From assembly GCF_044324785.1 (NCBI RefSeq), contig NZ_CP172127.1: DNA of 64,000 nt. One strand, 5' to 3'. Numbering within the stretch: the first letter of the stretch is position 1; each line of letters begins with the position of its first letter. Below, in pieces: positions 34,158 through 46,598 of this stretch. The position numbers and the translations under genes are program-made. Below the pieces are notes generated by a model, which did no database searches, was not told where the DNA came from, and saw only the letters and a program-made list of their open reading frames with translations. Source of the stretch: Escherichia coli (lineage in GTDB: Bacteria; Pseudomonadota; Gammaproteobacteria; Enterobacterales; Enterobacteriaceae).

Positions 34158-35822
34158 TTACTCGCCTACTTTCGCCCAGGTATCACGCAGCCCAACGGTG
34201 CGGTTAAATACCGGTTTTTCCGCCGTAGAATGGCGGCTGTCGAGGCAGAAATAACCTTCACGCTCAAACTGGAATGCTTTACCCGCTACCGCGTCTTTCA
34301 GAGACGGTTCAGCAAAGCCCTGTTTGATCACCAGCGATTCCGGGTTAATCACCGACAGGAAATCATCCGCAGCACCTGGGTTCGGCACGCTGAACAGACG
34401 ATCGTACAGGCGGATTTCAACCGGCAGCGCATGTGCCGAGCTCACCCAGTGAATAACGCCTTTCACTTTACGACCATCTGCCGGATCTTTGCTTAAGGTG
34501 TCGGCGTCATAAGTACAGAAGATGGTGGTGATATTGCCTTCGGCATCTTTCTCCACGCGTTCTGCCTTAATGACGTAAGCATTACGCAGACGCACTTCTT
34601 TACCGAGCACCAGACGTTTGTACTGCTTGTTAGCTTCTTCGCGGAAATCGGCGCGATCGATCCAAATCTCACCGCTAAACGGCACCTGACGGCTACCCAT
34701 TTCCGGTTTGTTCGGATGGTTCGGCATGGTGACCATTTCGCCTTCGCCCTGATAGTTTTCGATAACCAGTTTCACCGGATCGATAACCGCCATTGCGCGC
34801 GGGGCATTTTCGTTGAGATCTTCACGGATGCAGGATTCCAGCGACGCCATCTCAATGGTGTTGTCCTGCTTGGTCACGCCGATGCGTTTGCAGAACTCAC
34901 GAATAGAAGCCGCAGTGTAACCTCGACGACGCAGACCGGAAATGGTCGGCATACGCGGGTCATCCCAGCCTTCAACGTGCTTGTCGGTCACCAGCAGGTT
35001 CAGCTTACGCTTGGACATCACGGTGTATTCCAGATTCAGGCGCGAGAATTCGTACTGGCGCGGGTGAACAGGAATGGTGATGTTGTCCAGCACCCAGTCG
35101 TACAGGCGACGGTTGTCCTGGAACTCAAGCGTACACAGAGAGTGCGTAATACCTTCCAGCGCATCGCTGATGCAATGGGTGAAGTCGTACATCGGGTAGA
35201 TGCACCACTTGTTGCCAGTCTGGTGGTGTTCAGCAAATTTAATGCGGTACAGCACCGGATCGCGCATTACGATAAATGGCGACGCCATGTCGATTTTCGC
35301 ACGAAGGCAGGCTTTACCTTCTTCAAAACCACCGGCACGCATTTTTTCGAACAGCGCCAGGTTCTCTTCAACGCTGCGGTCGCGGTACGGGCTGTTTTTA
35401 CCCGGTTGCGTCAGGGTACCGCGGTATTCGCGGATCTGTTCCGGCGTCAGTTCATCAACGTACGCCAGGCCTTTATTGATCAGTTCGATCGCATAGGCGT
35501 GGAGCTGATCAAAATAATCAGAGGAGTAACGGACGTTACCAGACCAGTGAAAACCTAACCACTCTACGTCGTTTTTGATCGAATCGACATACTCGATATC
35601 TTCTTTTACCGGGTTAGTGTCGTCGAAACGCAGGTTGCACTGGCCTTTATAGTCCTGGGCGATCCCGAAGTTCAGGCAGATAGATTTCGCATGGCCAATA
35701 TGCAGATAGCCATTCGGCTCCGGCGGGAAACGGGTGTGTACTGTGGTGTGCTTACCACTGGCCAGATCTTCATCGATGATCTGACGGATAAAGTTAGTCG
35801 GGCGGGCTTCTGCCTCACTCAT
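34158..35822 (-). CDS. glnS: Glutaminyl-tRNA synthetase
   Basis: 554-aa [19 protein letters not shown] with class I HIGH motif (HIGH at [16 protein letters not shown]). Confidence 0.95.
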   Translation of the reverse strand: MSEAEARPTNFIRQIIDEDLASGKHTTVHTRFPPEPNGYLHIGHAKSICLNFGIAQDYKGQCNLRFDDTNPVKEDIEYVDSIKNDVEWLGFHWSGNVRYSSDYFDQLHAYAIELINKGLAYVDELTPEQIREYRGTLTQPGKNSPYRDRSVEENLALFEKMRAGGFEEGKACLRAKIDMASPFIVMRDPVLYRIKFAEHHQTGNKWCIYPMYDFTHCISDALEGITHSLCTLEFQDNRRLYDWVLDNITIPVHPRQYEFSRLNLEYTVMSKRKLNLLVTDKHVEGWDDPRMPTISGLRRRGYTAASIREFCKRIGVTKQDNTIEMASLESCIREDLNENAPRAMAVIDPVKLVIENYQGEGEMVTMPNHPNKPEMGSRQVPFSGEIWIDRADFREEANKQYKRLVLGKEVRLRNAYVIKAERVEKDAEGNITTIFCTYDADTLSKDPADGRKVKGVIHWVSSAHALPVEIRLYDRLFSVPNPGAADDFLSVINPESLVIKQGFAEPSLKDAVAGKAFQFEREGYFCLDSRHSTAEKPVFNRTVGLRDTWAKVGE

Positions 35823-35941
35823 CGTGGATTCCTCAAAGCGTAAACAACGTATAACGGCGTATGATCTTATAAGCGGGACAGGCTGACAACTGTTAGTTAG
35901 TGAAAATCGAAAATCTCACTGAGATTATGGGGATGATTGAT

Positions 35942-35980
35942 GAAAAAAAAAGCGGCAGAGAAGATCTCCACCGCTTGTCA
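35942..35980 (-). terminator. Possible terminator after nagE
   Basis: Minus strand AAGCGGtggagatcttctctgCCGCTTTTTTTTT; long loop, so weak. Confidence 0.35.
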
Positions 35981-35985
35981 TTGTT

Positions 35986-36015
35986 GGATGCGACGCTCAA
36001 GCGTCGCATCAGGCA
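35986..36015. repeat. REP element
   Basis: GGATGCGACGCTCAAGCGTCGCATCAGGCA palindromic unit. Confidence 0.65.
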
Positions 36016-36024
36016 TAAAGCAGA

Positions 36025-37971
36025 TTACTTTTTGATTTCATACAGCGGTGTTTGACCCGCCACAACATGGCCCTGAGCTTTAATGATCAAGCCACTGAAA
36101 TCGTCGATATTGCTGCAAACCACCGGGCTAATCATCGAGCGGGCGTTAGCGTTCAGGTAATCCAGATCCATTTCCAGAATCGGTTGTCCTGCGCTTACTT
36201 GCGCGCCCTCTTCCACCAGACGTTTAAAGCCTTTACCTTCCAGCGCTACGGTGTCGATACCCATATGGACGACGATCTCCGCGCCTTTTTCGGTTTCCAG
36301 ACAGAACGCGTGGTTGGTGTTGAAGATTTTCACGATTGTCCCTGCGGCTGGTGATACGACGATTTTATCTGTCGGTTTCACCGCCACACCGTCACCCACC
36401 GCTTTGCTGGCGAATGCTTCGTCAGGAACCTGATCCAGTGCCACAACATCACCGGTAATCGGCGATACCAGCTCCGCGATAGACACCGCGTTTGGTACAG
36501 CCTGCGGTTTTGCTACAGAAGCGGCAGTTGCCGGAGTTGCTTCAGCTGACGCAGCGGCTACCGGACCACGGGCAACAACTTTCTTCATTGCATCGCCAAT
36601 GGATTCCGCTTTCGCGCCAACAATCACCTGAATAGTCTGTTTGTTCAGTTTCACTACCCCAGAAGCACCCAGACGTTTACACATCGCATCGTTGACGCGA
36701 GCTGAGTCAACCACGGTCAGGCGCAGACGAGTAATACAGGCGTCAATTGCTTTCAGGTTGTCAGTACCGCCCACCGCAGCAATATAGTTGGTCGCCAGTT
36801 GAGTCAGACCTTCTTCCGTGTTGCTGTTGGCTTCTTCAGTAACGATCTCGTCTTCTTTATCTTCACGGCCCGGCGTTTTCAGGTTGAACATACGGATAAC
36901 CAAACTGAACACCACGAAGTAGATAGCGAAGAAGACAACACCCATCACCAGCAGCATCCAGACGTTCTGGCTGGCGGCCGGCAGGTTATACATCAACGCG
37001 TAGTCGATAGCCCCCGCAGAGAAGGAGAAGCCCGCGTGGATACCCAGCAGCGTTGCCACAAACAGGCTGATACCGGTCAGCAGTGCGTGCAGGAGGTACA
37101 GCAGCGGCGCAAGGAACATGAACAGGAATTCCAGCGGCTCAGTCACACCGGTCAGGAACGCAGTAACAGCAACAGAAAGCAGCATACCGCCAACCATCGG
37201 ACGACGCTCTTTCGGTGCTGCAAAGTACATCGCCAGCGCCGCACCCGGCAGACCGAACATCATGATCGGGAAGAAGCCGGACATGAACATCCCCGCGGTG
37301 CCGTCACCAGCGTAGAAACGGTTGATGTCGCCGTGGAAAACCGTACCCGCCGCGTTGGTGAATTCACCAATCTGGAACCAGGCGATGGTGTTCAGCACCT
37401 GATGCAGACCGGTTGGGATCAGCAGACGGTTGATGAAACCAAAGATACCGGAACCCAGCGCGCCCGCAGAAACGATCCACTCGCCGCCTGCATGGATAGC
37501 GTGCTGTACTGGCGGCCAGACGTAACCAAAAATGGCTGCCAGCACCAGGCAGAAGAAGCCGGTGGCAATCGGCACAAAGCGTTTGCCGCCGAAGAAACTC
37601 AGGAAGTCCGGCAGTTTAATATCGGACCAACGGTTATAGGCTGCACCACCGACCAGACCGGTAATGATACCCGCCAGTACACCCATGTTAATTTCCGGGT
37701 TGATGGTCACCATCGCTTTGGTTAACACAAAGTAACCTACCGCACCCGCCAGCGCCGCCGCACCTGCGCTGTCTTTCGACCAGCTGGATGCCACACCGAT
37801 GGCGAAGATTAATGCGAGGTTATCAAAAATCGCACCGCCCGCCTGGGCAATAAACGCAACGTTAAGTAAATCTGGCTGACCGAATCGCAGCAACAGCGCC
37901 GCCACAGGCAGCACCGCGATAGGGAGCTGTAACGCCCTACCGAGTCGCTGGAAAAAACCTAAAATATTCAT
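36025..37971 (-). CDS. nagE: PTS N-acetylglucosamine-specific EIICBA
   Basis: 648-aa ORF; N-terminal polytopic EIIC, then EIIB and EIIA (IIA-Glc-like) domains. Confidence 0.95.
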   Translation of the reverse strand: MNILGFFQRLGRALQLPIAVLPVAALLLRFGQPDLLNVAFIAQAGGAIFDNLALIFAIGVASSWSKDSAGAAALAGAVGYFVLTKAMVTINPEINMGVLAGIITGLVGGAAYNRWSDIKLPDFLSFFGGKRFVPIATGFFCLVLAAIFGYVWPPVQHAIHAGGEWIVSAGALGSGIFGFINRLLIPTGLHQVLNTIAWFQIGEFTNAAGTVFHGDINRFYAGDGTAGMFMSGFFPIMMFGLPGAALAMYFAAPKERRPMVGGMLLSVAVTAFLTGVTEPLEFLFMFLAPLLYLLHALLTGISLFVATLLGIHAGFSFSAGAIDYALMYNLPAASQNVWMLLVMGVVFFAIYFVVFSLVIRMFNLKTPGREDKEDEIVTEEANSNTEEGLTQLATNYIAAVGGTDNLKAIDACITRLRLTVVDSARVNDAMCKRLGASGVVKLNKQTIQVIVGAKAESIGDAMKKVVARGPVAAASAEATPATAASVAKPQAVPNAVSIAELVSPITGDVVALDQVPDEAFASKAVGDGVAVKPTDKIVVSPAAGTIVKIFNTNHAFCLETEKGAEIVVHMGIDTVALEGKGFKRLVEEGAQVSAGQPILEMDLDYLNANARSMISPVVCSNIDDFSGLIIKAQGHVVAGQTPLYEIKK

Positions 37972-38128
37972 CTTATTCCCCCTACGAGAACCCTATTTGG
38001 CTCGTTTAAAGCCGTATTTTTATTTTGCTGCAAATTGTACTGCCGATGTTCTGTAATCAGATTGTTAGATCATCTGCTACAGAGTGTGTGAAAATTTAAT
38101 TCGTATCGCAAATTAAACGCGTGTCTTT

Positions 38129-38144
38129 TGTGAGTTTTGTCACC
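38129..38144. promoter_or_regulatory. CRP site in divergent nagE-nagB control region
   Basis: TGTGAgttttgTCACC matches TGTGA-N6-TCACA; the nag divergent promoters are known to be CRP- and NagC-controlled. Confidence 0.55.
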
Positions 38145-38303
38145 AAATATCGTTATCATCACTCCCTTTTACTGGCTAAACCAGAAAACTTATTTTATCA
38201 TTCAAAAAATCAGGTCGGATTGACGCCTGTCTGCGCAAATCCAGGTTACGCTTAAAGATGCCTAATCCGCCAACGGCTTACATTTTACTTATTGAGGTGA
38301 ATA

Positions 38304-40312
<2,009 letters not shown>

Positions 40313-40320
40313 GAGAAAGT

Positions 40321-41541
40321 ATGACACCAGGCGGACAAGCTCAGATAGGTAATGTTGATCTCGTAAAACAGCTTAACAGCGCGGCGGTTTATCGCCTGAT
40401 TGACCAGTATGGGCCAATCTCGCGGATTCAGATTGCCGAGCAAAGCCAGCTTGCCCCCGCCAGCGTAACCAAAATTACGCGTCAGCTTATCGAACGCGGG
40501 CTGATCAAAGAAGTTGATCAGCAGGCCTCCACCGGGGGCCGCCGCGCTATCTCTATCGTCACCGAAACCCGCAATTTCCACGCAATCGGTGTACGGCTTG
40601 GTCGTCACGACGCCACCATTACTCTGTTCGATCTCAGTAGCAAAGTGCTGGCAGAAGAACATTACCCGCTGCCGGAACGTACCCAGCAGACGCTGGAACA
40701 TGCCCTGCTGAATGCCATTGCTCAGTTTATTGATAGCTACCAGCGCAAGCTGCGCGAGCTGATTGCCATTTCCGTGATCCTGCCAGGGCTTGTTGACCCG
40801 GACAGCGGCAAAATTCATTACATGCCGCATATTCAGGTAGAAAACTGGGGGCTGGTAGAAGCACTGGAAGAGCGTTTTAAAGTGACCTGTTTTGTCGGCC
40901 ACGATATCCGTAGTCTGGCGCTGGCAGAGCACTACTTCGGTGCAAGTCAGGATTGCGAAGACTCCATTTTAGTGCGTGTCCATCGCGGGACCGGGGCAGG
41001 GATTATCTCTAACGGGCGCATTTTTATTGGCCGCAACGGCAACGTCGGTGAAATTGGCCATATTCAGGTCGAACCGCTGGGTGAACGCTGCCATTGCGGC
41101 AACTTTGGCTGCCTGGAAACTATCGCCGCTAACGCTGCCATTGAACAACGGGTATTGAATTTATTAAAGCAGGGCTACCAGAGCCGTGTGCCACTGGACG
41201 ACTGCACCATCAAAACTATCTGCAAAGCCGCGAACAAAGGCGATAGCCTGGCCTCGGAAGTGATTGAGTATGTCGGTCGTCATCTGGGTAAAACCATCGC
41301 CATTGCTATCAACTTATTTAATCCGCAAAAAATTGTCATTGCCGGTGAAATCACCGAAGCCGATAAAGTGCTACTCCCTGCTATCGAAAGCTGCATTAAT
41401 ACTCAGGCACTGAAGGCGTTTCGTACTAATCTACCGGTGGTACGTTCTGAGTTGGATCACCGCTCGGCAATCGGCGCTTTTGCGCTGGTAAAACGCGCCA
41501 TGCTCAACGGTATTTTGCTCCAGCATTTGCTGGAAAATTAA
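40321..41541 (+). CDS. nagC: N-acetylglucosamine repressor (ROK family)
   Basis: 406-aa ORF with N-terminal HTH and ROK-type CxCGxxGC zinc motif (CHCGNFGCLE). Confidence 0.95.
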   Translation: MTPGGQAQIGNVDLVKQLNSAAVYRLIDQYGPISRIQIAEQSQLAPASVTKITRQLIERGLIKEVDQQASTGGRRAISIVTETRNFHAIGVRLGRHDATITLFDLSSKVLAEEHYPLPERTQQTLEHALLNAIAQFIDSYQRKLRELIAISVILPGLVDPDSGKIHYMPHIQVENWGLVEALEERFKVTCFVGHDIRSLALAEHYFGASQDCEDSILVRVHRGTGAGIISNGRIFIGRNGNVGEIGHIQVEPLGERCHCGNFGCLETIAANAAIEQRVLNLLKQGYQSRVPLDDCTIKTICKAANKGDSLASEVIEYVGRHLGKTIAIAINLFNPQKIVIAGEITEADKVLLPAIESCINTQALKAFRTNLPVVRSELDHRSAIGAFALVKRAMLNGILLQHLLEN

Positions 41542-41588
41542 TGTGCTTTTATAGTGGCGCTTATTGTTGTCAATATTCTGGGTAGTCC

Positions 41589-42341
41589 ATGACCATTAAA
41601 AATGTAATTTGCGATATCGACGGCGTGCTGATGCACGATAACGTCGCCGTACCGGGTGCAGCGGAATTTTTGCACGGGATTATGGATAAAGGCCTGCCGC
41701 TGGTGTTGCTGACCAACTATCCTTCGCAGACCGGGCAAGATCTGGCGAATCGCTTTGCCACTGCCGGTGTCGATGTACCGGATAGCGTGTTTTATACCTC
41801 CGCGATGGCGACCGCCGATTTCCTGCGTCGCCAGGAAGGCAAGAAAGCGTATGTGGTGGGCGAAGGCGCACTGATTCATGAACTGTACAAAGCCGGTTTC
41901 ACTATTACCGATGTGAACCCTGATTTTGTGATTGTTGGCGAAACGCGTTCCTACAACTGGGACATGATGCATAAAGCAGCCTATTTCGTCGCTAACGGTG
42001 CACGCTTTATCGCCACCAACCCGGACACCCACGGGCGCGGTTTTTATCCCGCCTGTGGCGCGTTGTGTGCAGGGATCGAGAAAATCTCCGGGCGCAAACC
42101 GTTCTATGTTGGAAAGCCGAGTCCGTGGATCATCCGCGCGGCATTAAACAAAATGCAGGCGCATTCGGAAGAAACGGTGATTGTCGGCGATAACTTGCGT
42201 ACCGATATTCTGGCGGGCTTCCAGGCCGGTCTGGAGACGATTCTGGTGCTTTCTGGTGTTTCGTCACTCGACGATATCGACAGTATGCCGTTCCGCCCAA
42301 GTTGGATTTACCCATCGGTCGCTGAAATCGACGTTATCTGA
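41589..42341 (+). CDS. nagD: UMP phosphatase (HAD superfamily)
   Basis: 250-aa ORF with HAD motif I DIDGVL. Confidence 0.95.
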   Translation: MTIKNVICDIDGVLMHDNVAVPGAAEFLHGIMDKGLPLVLLTNYPSQTGQDLANRFATAGVDVPDSVFYTSAMATADFLRRQEGKKAYVVGEGALIHELYKAGFTITDVNPDFVIVGETRSYNWDMMHKAAYFVANGARFIATNPDTHGRGFYPACGALCAGIEKISGRKPFYVGKPSPWIIRAALNKMQAHSEETVIVGDNLRTDILAGFQAGLETILVLSGVSSLDDIDSMPFRPSWIYPSVAEIDVI

Positions 42342-42345
42342 ATAG

Positions 42346-42378
42346 CAACCACGCCTCAGGGCGTGGTTTCTTATTTTT
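42346..42378 (+). terminator. Intrinsic terminator after nagD
   Basis: AACCACGCCtcagGGCGTGGTTTCTTATTTTT. Confidence 0.6.
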
Positions 42379-42597
42379 ACCCATCATTAAAATCACCCTA
42401 TTCAATAAAACCCGTCAAAAATTATCGATCCATCAATAAATACGCCACCACACCCTATCCTTTTTCACAAATCAGCAATCGCCATTACGTTTTTTATTTT
42501 TCCACCGCCAAATCGCTTGCGCACAGTGCTGCTTTGCGGCATTTTTTTAAACAAGCAAACACAACAAGCAACAAATACCAGGTTAACGGAGAAGGTT

Positions 42598-44262
42598 ATG
42601 TGTTCAATTTTTGGCGTATTCGATATCAAAACAGACGCAGTTGAGCTGCGTAAGAAAGCACTCGAGCTGTCACGCCTGATGCGTCATCGTGGCCCGGACT
42701 GGTCCGGTATTTATGCCAGCGATAACGCCATTCTCGCCCACGAACGTCTGTCAATTGTTGACGTTAACGCGGGGGCGCAACCTCTCTACAACCAACAAAA
42801 AACTCATGTGCTGGCAGTAAACGGTGAAATCTACAACCACCAGGCATTGCGCGCTGAATATGGCGATCGTTACCAGTTCCAGACCGGGTCTGACTGTGAA
42901 GTGATCCTCGCGCTGTATCAGGAAAAAGGGCCGGAATTTCTCGACGACTTGCAGGGCATGTTTGCCTTTGCCCTGTACGACAGCGAAAAAGATGCATATC
43001 TGATTGGTCGCGACCATCTGGGGATCATCCCACTGTATATGGGCTATGACGAACACGGTCAGCTGTATGTGGCCTCAGAAATGAAAGCCCTCGTGCCAGT
43101 TTGCCGCACGATTAAAGAGTTTCCGGCGGGGAGCTATTTGTGGAGTCAGGACGGCGAAATCCGTTCTTATTATCATCGCGACTGGTTCGACTACGATGCG
43201 GTGAAAGATAACGTGACCGACAAAAACGAGCTGCGTCAGGCACTGGAAGATTCCGTTAAAAGCCATCTGATGTCTGATGTGCCTTACGGTGTGTTGCTTT
43301 CTGGTGGTCTGGATTCCTCAATTATTTCCGCTATCACCAAGAAATACGCCGCCCGTCGCGTGGAAGATCAGGAACGCTCTGAAGCCTGGTGGCCGCAGTT
43401 GCACTCCTTTGCTGTAGGTCTGCCGGGCTCACCGGATCTGAAAGCAGCCCAGGAAGTGGCAAACCATCTGGGCACGGTGCATCACGAAATTCACTTCACT
43501 GTACAGGAAGGTCTGGATGCCATCCGCGACGTGATTTACCACATCGAAACTTATGATGTGACCACTATTCGCGCTTCAACACCGATGTATTTAATGTCGC
43601 GTAAGATCAAGGCGATGGGCATTAAAATGGTGCTGTCCGGTGAAGGTTCTGACGAAGTGTTTGGCGGTTATCTATACTTCCACAAAGCGCCGAACGCTAA
43701 AGAGTTGCATGAAGAGACGGTGCGTAAACTGCTGGCCCTGCATATGTATGACTGCGCGCGTGCCAACAAAGCGATGTCAGCCTGGGGCGTGGAAGCACGC
43801 GTTCCGTTCCTCGACAAAAAATTCCTTGATGTGGCGATGCGCATTAACCCACAGGATAAAATGTGCGGTAACGGCAAAATGGAAAAACACATCCTGCGTG
43901 AATGTTTTGAAGCGTATCTGCCTGCAAGCGTGGCCTGGCGGCAAAAAGAGCAGTTCTCCGATGGCGTCGGTTACAGTTGGATCGACACCCTGAAAGAAGT
44001 GGCAGCACAGCAGGTTTCTGATCAACAGCTGGAAACTGCCCGCTTCCGCTTCCCGTACAACACGCCGACCTCAAAAGAAGCGTATCTGTACCGGGAGATC
44101 TTTGAAGAATTGTTCCCGCTTCCGAGCGCCGCTGAGTGCGTGCCGGGCGGTCCTTCCGTCGCTTGTTCTTCCGCTAAAGCGATTGAGTGGGATGAAGCGT
44201 TCAAGAAAATGGACGATCCGTCTGGTCGCGCGGTTGGCGTTCACCAGTCGGCATATAAATAA
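42598..44262 (+). CDS. asnB: Asparagine synthetase B (glutamine-hydrolysing)
   Basis: Start MCSIFGVFDIKTD at 42598 within ORF 42517..44262 (N-terminal Cys nucleophile after Met); 554 aa. Confidence 0.95.
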   Translation: MCSIFGVFDIKTDAVELRKKALELSRLMRHRGPDWSGIYASDNAILAHERLSIVDVNAGAQPLYNQQKTHVLAVNGEIYNHQALRAEYGDRYQFQTGSDCEVILALYQEKGPEFLDDLQGMFAFALYDSEKDAYLIGRDHLGIIPLYMGYDEHGQLYVASEMKALVPVCRTIKEFPAGSYLWSQDGEIRSYYHRDWFDYDAVKDNVTDKNELRQALEDSVKSHLMSDVPYGVLLSGGLDSSIISAITKKYAARRVEDQERSEAWWPQLHSFAVGLPGSPDLKAAQEVANHLGTVHHEIHFTVQEGLDAIRDVIYHIETYDVTTIRASTPMYLMSRKIKAMGIKMVLSGEGSDEVFGGYLYFHKAPNAKELHEETVRKLLALHMYDCARANKAMSAWGVEARVPFLDKKFLDVAMRINPQDKMCGNGKMEKHILRECFEAYLPASVAWRQKEQFSDGVGYSWIDTLKEVAAQQVSDQQLETARFRFPYNTPTSKEAYLYREIFEELFPLPSAAECVPGGPSVACSSAKAIEWDEAFKKMDDPSGRAVGVHQSAYK

Positions 44263-44269
44263 GACGTGT

Positions 44270-44305
44270 ATTATTGCCCCGGAGAAATCCGGGGCAATTT
44301 CAGTT
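44270..44305 (+). terminator. Intrinsic terminator after asnB
   Basis: ATTGCCCCGGagaaatCCGGGGCAATTTCAG hairpin. Confidence 0.6.
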
Positions 44306-44573
44306 ACTGGGGCGCTTGTTGATTCTGATATGCAGTAAGGAAATGTTCCGGGTTTGCCACATCACTGTTTGACAACTCATCACTGTAGGCCAGTACTTCA
44401 TAGATTAATTTCCCACCACTATTGTTGAATTCCGAATTTCATCCTGTATGACAAAAGAATGGCTGTAGGGTGGGGAAAAAACACAAAGTAAACAATAATT
44501 GACGAATATAGCGCCACGCTGTTCGCAACCTAACCAAACAGTCACTTTCGAGCAATTTTCCTTGAAAAAGAGG

Positions 44574-44602
44574 TTGACGCTGCAAGGCTCTATACGCATA
44601 AT
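44574..44602 (+). promoter_or_regulatory. Candidate sigma70 promoter of the tRNA operon
   Basis: TTGACG, 17-bp spacer, CATAAT, followed by GC-rich discriminator GCGCCCCG typical of stringently controlled stable-RNA promoters. Confidence 0.45.
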
Positions 44603-44641
44603 GCGCCCCGCAACGCCGATAAGGTATCGCGAAAAAAAGAT

Positions 44642-44718
44642 GGCTACGTAGCTCAGTTGGTTAGAGCACATCACTCATAATGATGGGGTCACAGGTTCGA
44701 ATCCCGTCGTAGCCACCA
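44642..44718 (+). tRNA. metT: tRNA-Met (CAU), elongator type
   Basis: 77-nt cloverleaf-compatible sequence, anticodon loop CTCATAA, 3' CCA encoded. Confidence 0.9.
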
Positions 44719-44726
44719 TCTTTTTT

Positions 44727-44811
44727 GCGGGAGTGGCGAAATTGGTAGACGCACCAGATTTAGGTTCTGGCGCCGCAAGGTGTGCGAGTTCAAGTCTCGC
44801 CTCCCGCACCA
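44727..44811 (+). tRNA. leuW: tRNA-Leu (UAG)
   Basis: 85-nt sequence with long variable arm, anticodon loop TTTAGGT, CCA end. Confidence 0.9.
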
Positions 44812-44834
44812 TTCACCAGAAAGCGTTGTACGGA

Positions 44835-44909
44835 TGGGGTATCGCCAAGCGGTAAGGCACCGGTTTTTGATACCGGCATTCCCTGGTTCGAATCCAGGTA
44901 CCCCAGCCA
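44835..44909 (+). tRNA. glnU: tRNA-Gln (UUG)
   Basis: 75-nt sequence, anticodon stem CCGGT/ACCGG with loop TTTTGAT, CCA end. Confidence 0.9.
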
Positions 44910-44924
44910 TCGAAGAAACAATCT

Positions 44925-45001
44925 GGCTACGTAGCTCAGTTGGTTAGAGCACATCACTCATAATGATGGGGTCACAGGTTCGAATCCCGTCGTAGCCACC
45001 A
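44925..45001 (+). tRNA. metU: tRNA-Met (CAU), elongator type, second copy
   Basis: Identical to 44642..44718. Confidence 0.9.
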
Positions 45002-45049
45002 AATTCTGAATGTGTCGAATAAGTTCGGCAAATTCACAAACCAATTTGT

Positions 45050-45124
45050 TGGGGTATCGCCAAGCGGTAAGGCACCGGATTCTGATTCCGGCATTCCGAG
45101 GTTCGAATCCTCGTACCCCAGCCA
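45050..45124 (+). tRNA. glnV: tRNA-Gln (CUG)
   Basis: 75-nt sequence, anticodon loop TTCTGAT, CCA end. Confidence 0.9.
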
Positions 45125-45128
45125 CATT

Positions 45129-45156
45129 AAAAAAGCTCGCTTCGGCGAGCTTTTTG
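45129..45156 (+). terminator. Intrinsic terminator of tRNA operon
   Basis: AAAAAAGCTCGCttcgGCGAGCTTTTTG. Confidence 0.8.
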
Positions 45157-45175
45157 CTTTTCTGCGTATATTCAA

Positions 45176-45270
45176 TGTCGAATGCGATGTTGACACGTCT
45201 TATCCTTCAAAGTCGGATGCGACGCTGACGCGTCTTATCCGACCTACGGTTGGCATGCATCCGGCAATGT
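45176..45270. repeat. BIME (cluster of REP elements)
   Basis: Two or three REP-like palindromic units, e.g. GGATGCGACGCTGACGCGTCTTATCCGACCTAC and GCATGCATCCGGCA. Confidence 0.65.
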
Positions 45271-45277
45271 TGTAAGG

Positions 45278-46453
45278 CTACAACCCTAACGCATATTTCA
45301 GCGCCTGACGTTTCAACACGCCAGCACGCTCCGCCGCCATCAAACCAAGATTACGCACAAAACGCAGTGGTGGCAGATTATTGCTGAATCCGGCATAAAA
45401 CAGATCCATACCGCTCTGCATAATGAAGTTATCCGCCATGCGCCGCATCTGGTAACGCTTGAGGATCGGATAACTGGCCCACGCTTCGCCATGGCTGCGA
45501 GCGTTGACCAGAACGTCAATCAGGGCATCGACATCACGATAACCAAGATTCACCCCCTGCCCCGCCAGCGGATGAATGGTGTGCGCCGCATCGCCCACCA
45601 GCGCAAGCCCCGGCTGCACATACTGCAACGCATGGCGGCGCGTCAGCGGAAAAGCGCCAGCGGCAAGCGGTGTTACATACCCAAGACGCGACGGGAAATG
45701 CTTCGCGATTTCCGCCTGTAACTGCGCCATATTCATATTCTGCAACTGGCGAATGCGTGCCGGAGAGTCATACCACACCAGCGATGCCCAGTTATCAAAC
45801 AACGGCAGAAACGCACGAGGTCCATCCGGGGTAAATTGCTGCCAGGTGCTGTCGCCGGGATCGTTCTCACACTGTACGCTAATCAACATACACGACTGTG
45901 CATACTGCCAGGCATGAACGCCAATTCCCGCCATCTGCCGCACCTGCGAATTTGCGCCGTCGGCACCAATCACCAGCTTCGCGCGGATCGTTTCACCGCC
46001 CTTCAGTTCCAGCTCCTGAAGATCATTATGGCGATGCAGCGCAATCAGCGAGCCTGGCACACGTAACGTTACTTTCGGATGCGCTTCCAGCGCCTGCCAC
46101 AGCGCCTGTTGCAGGACAGTGTTTTCCACCATGTAGCCAAGCAACGGTAGCTTAAGTTCAGCGGCGTCAAACACCACATGCGCCGTTTCCCACTCCCACG
46201 TTTCCAGTCTGCGGTAGGGATGGCAACGCATAGCCTGTACCGCGTCCCAGACGCCTAAACCTTTAAGCAATGATACCGAAGCCGCGCTGATCGCCGAGAT
46301 CCGCACGTCCGGCTGGCTGTCAGCGACAAACGGTGCAGGTTGGGCATGTTCGATAACCATTACCGAAAATCCGTGCTGAGCCAGTCCCAGCGCCAGTGCG
46401 CCGCCGACCATTCCTCCGCCGACAATGGCAATTTCCGTTGGTTGATTTGTCAT
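45278..46453 (-). CDS. ubiF: 2-octaprenyl-3-methyl-6-methoxy-1,4-benzoquinol hydroxylase (FAD-dependent)
   Basis: ORF 45278..46459; FAD-binding GxGxxG at N-terminus (IAIVGGGMVGGALALG); start ATG ambiguous between 46459 and 46453. Confidence 0.9.
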   Translation of the reverse strand: MTNQPTEIAIVGGGMVGGALALGLAQHGFSVMVIEHAQPAPFVADSQPDVRISAISAASVSLLKGLGVWDAVQAMRCHPYRRLETWEWETAHVVFDAAELKLPLLGYMVENTVLQQALWQALEAHPKVTLRVPGSLIALHRHNDLQELELKGGETIRAKLVIGADGANSQVRQMAGIGVHAWQYAQSCMLISVQCENDPGDSTWQQFTPDGPRAFLPLFDNWASLVWYDSPARIRQLQNMNMAQLQAEIAKHFPSRLGYVTPLAAGAFPLTRRHALQYVQPGLALVGDAAHTIHPLAGQGVNLGYRDVDALIDVLVNARSHGEAWASYPILKRYQMRRMADNFIMQSGMDLFYAGFSNNLPPLRFVRNLGLMAAERAGVLKRQALKYALGL

Positions 46454-46598
46454 GGTCAATCATCCTGTTAGCAATATGCTTTAAGTTTACAGGATTTTTA
46501 CCCCCAAGGGCTGATAACGCTCATACTGGTCACAACGGCAGCAAAGCATTACACTATGCGCCCTGCATTCCTGGCTACTATTTCGCAAGAGCAAGTCG

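Noticed and set aside
34716-35558. 280-aa plus-strand ORF within glnS
   Set aside because: Antisense to glnS; no RBS; composition typical of a reverse-frame artefact.
36799-37725. 308-aa plus-strand ORF inside nagE
   Set aside because: Antisense to the well-supported nagE CDS; translation is low-complexity (R/H/Q-rich) with no recognisable domain.
44642-45270. Possibility of an integrated element (integrase, attachment-site repeats) at the tRNA cluster
   Set aside because: The tRNA genes are followed directly by a terminator, a BIME and then ubiF; no integrase or duplicated tRNA 3' end was found.
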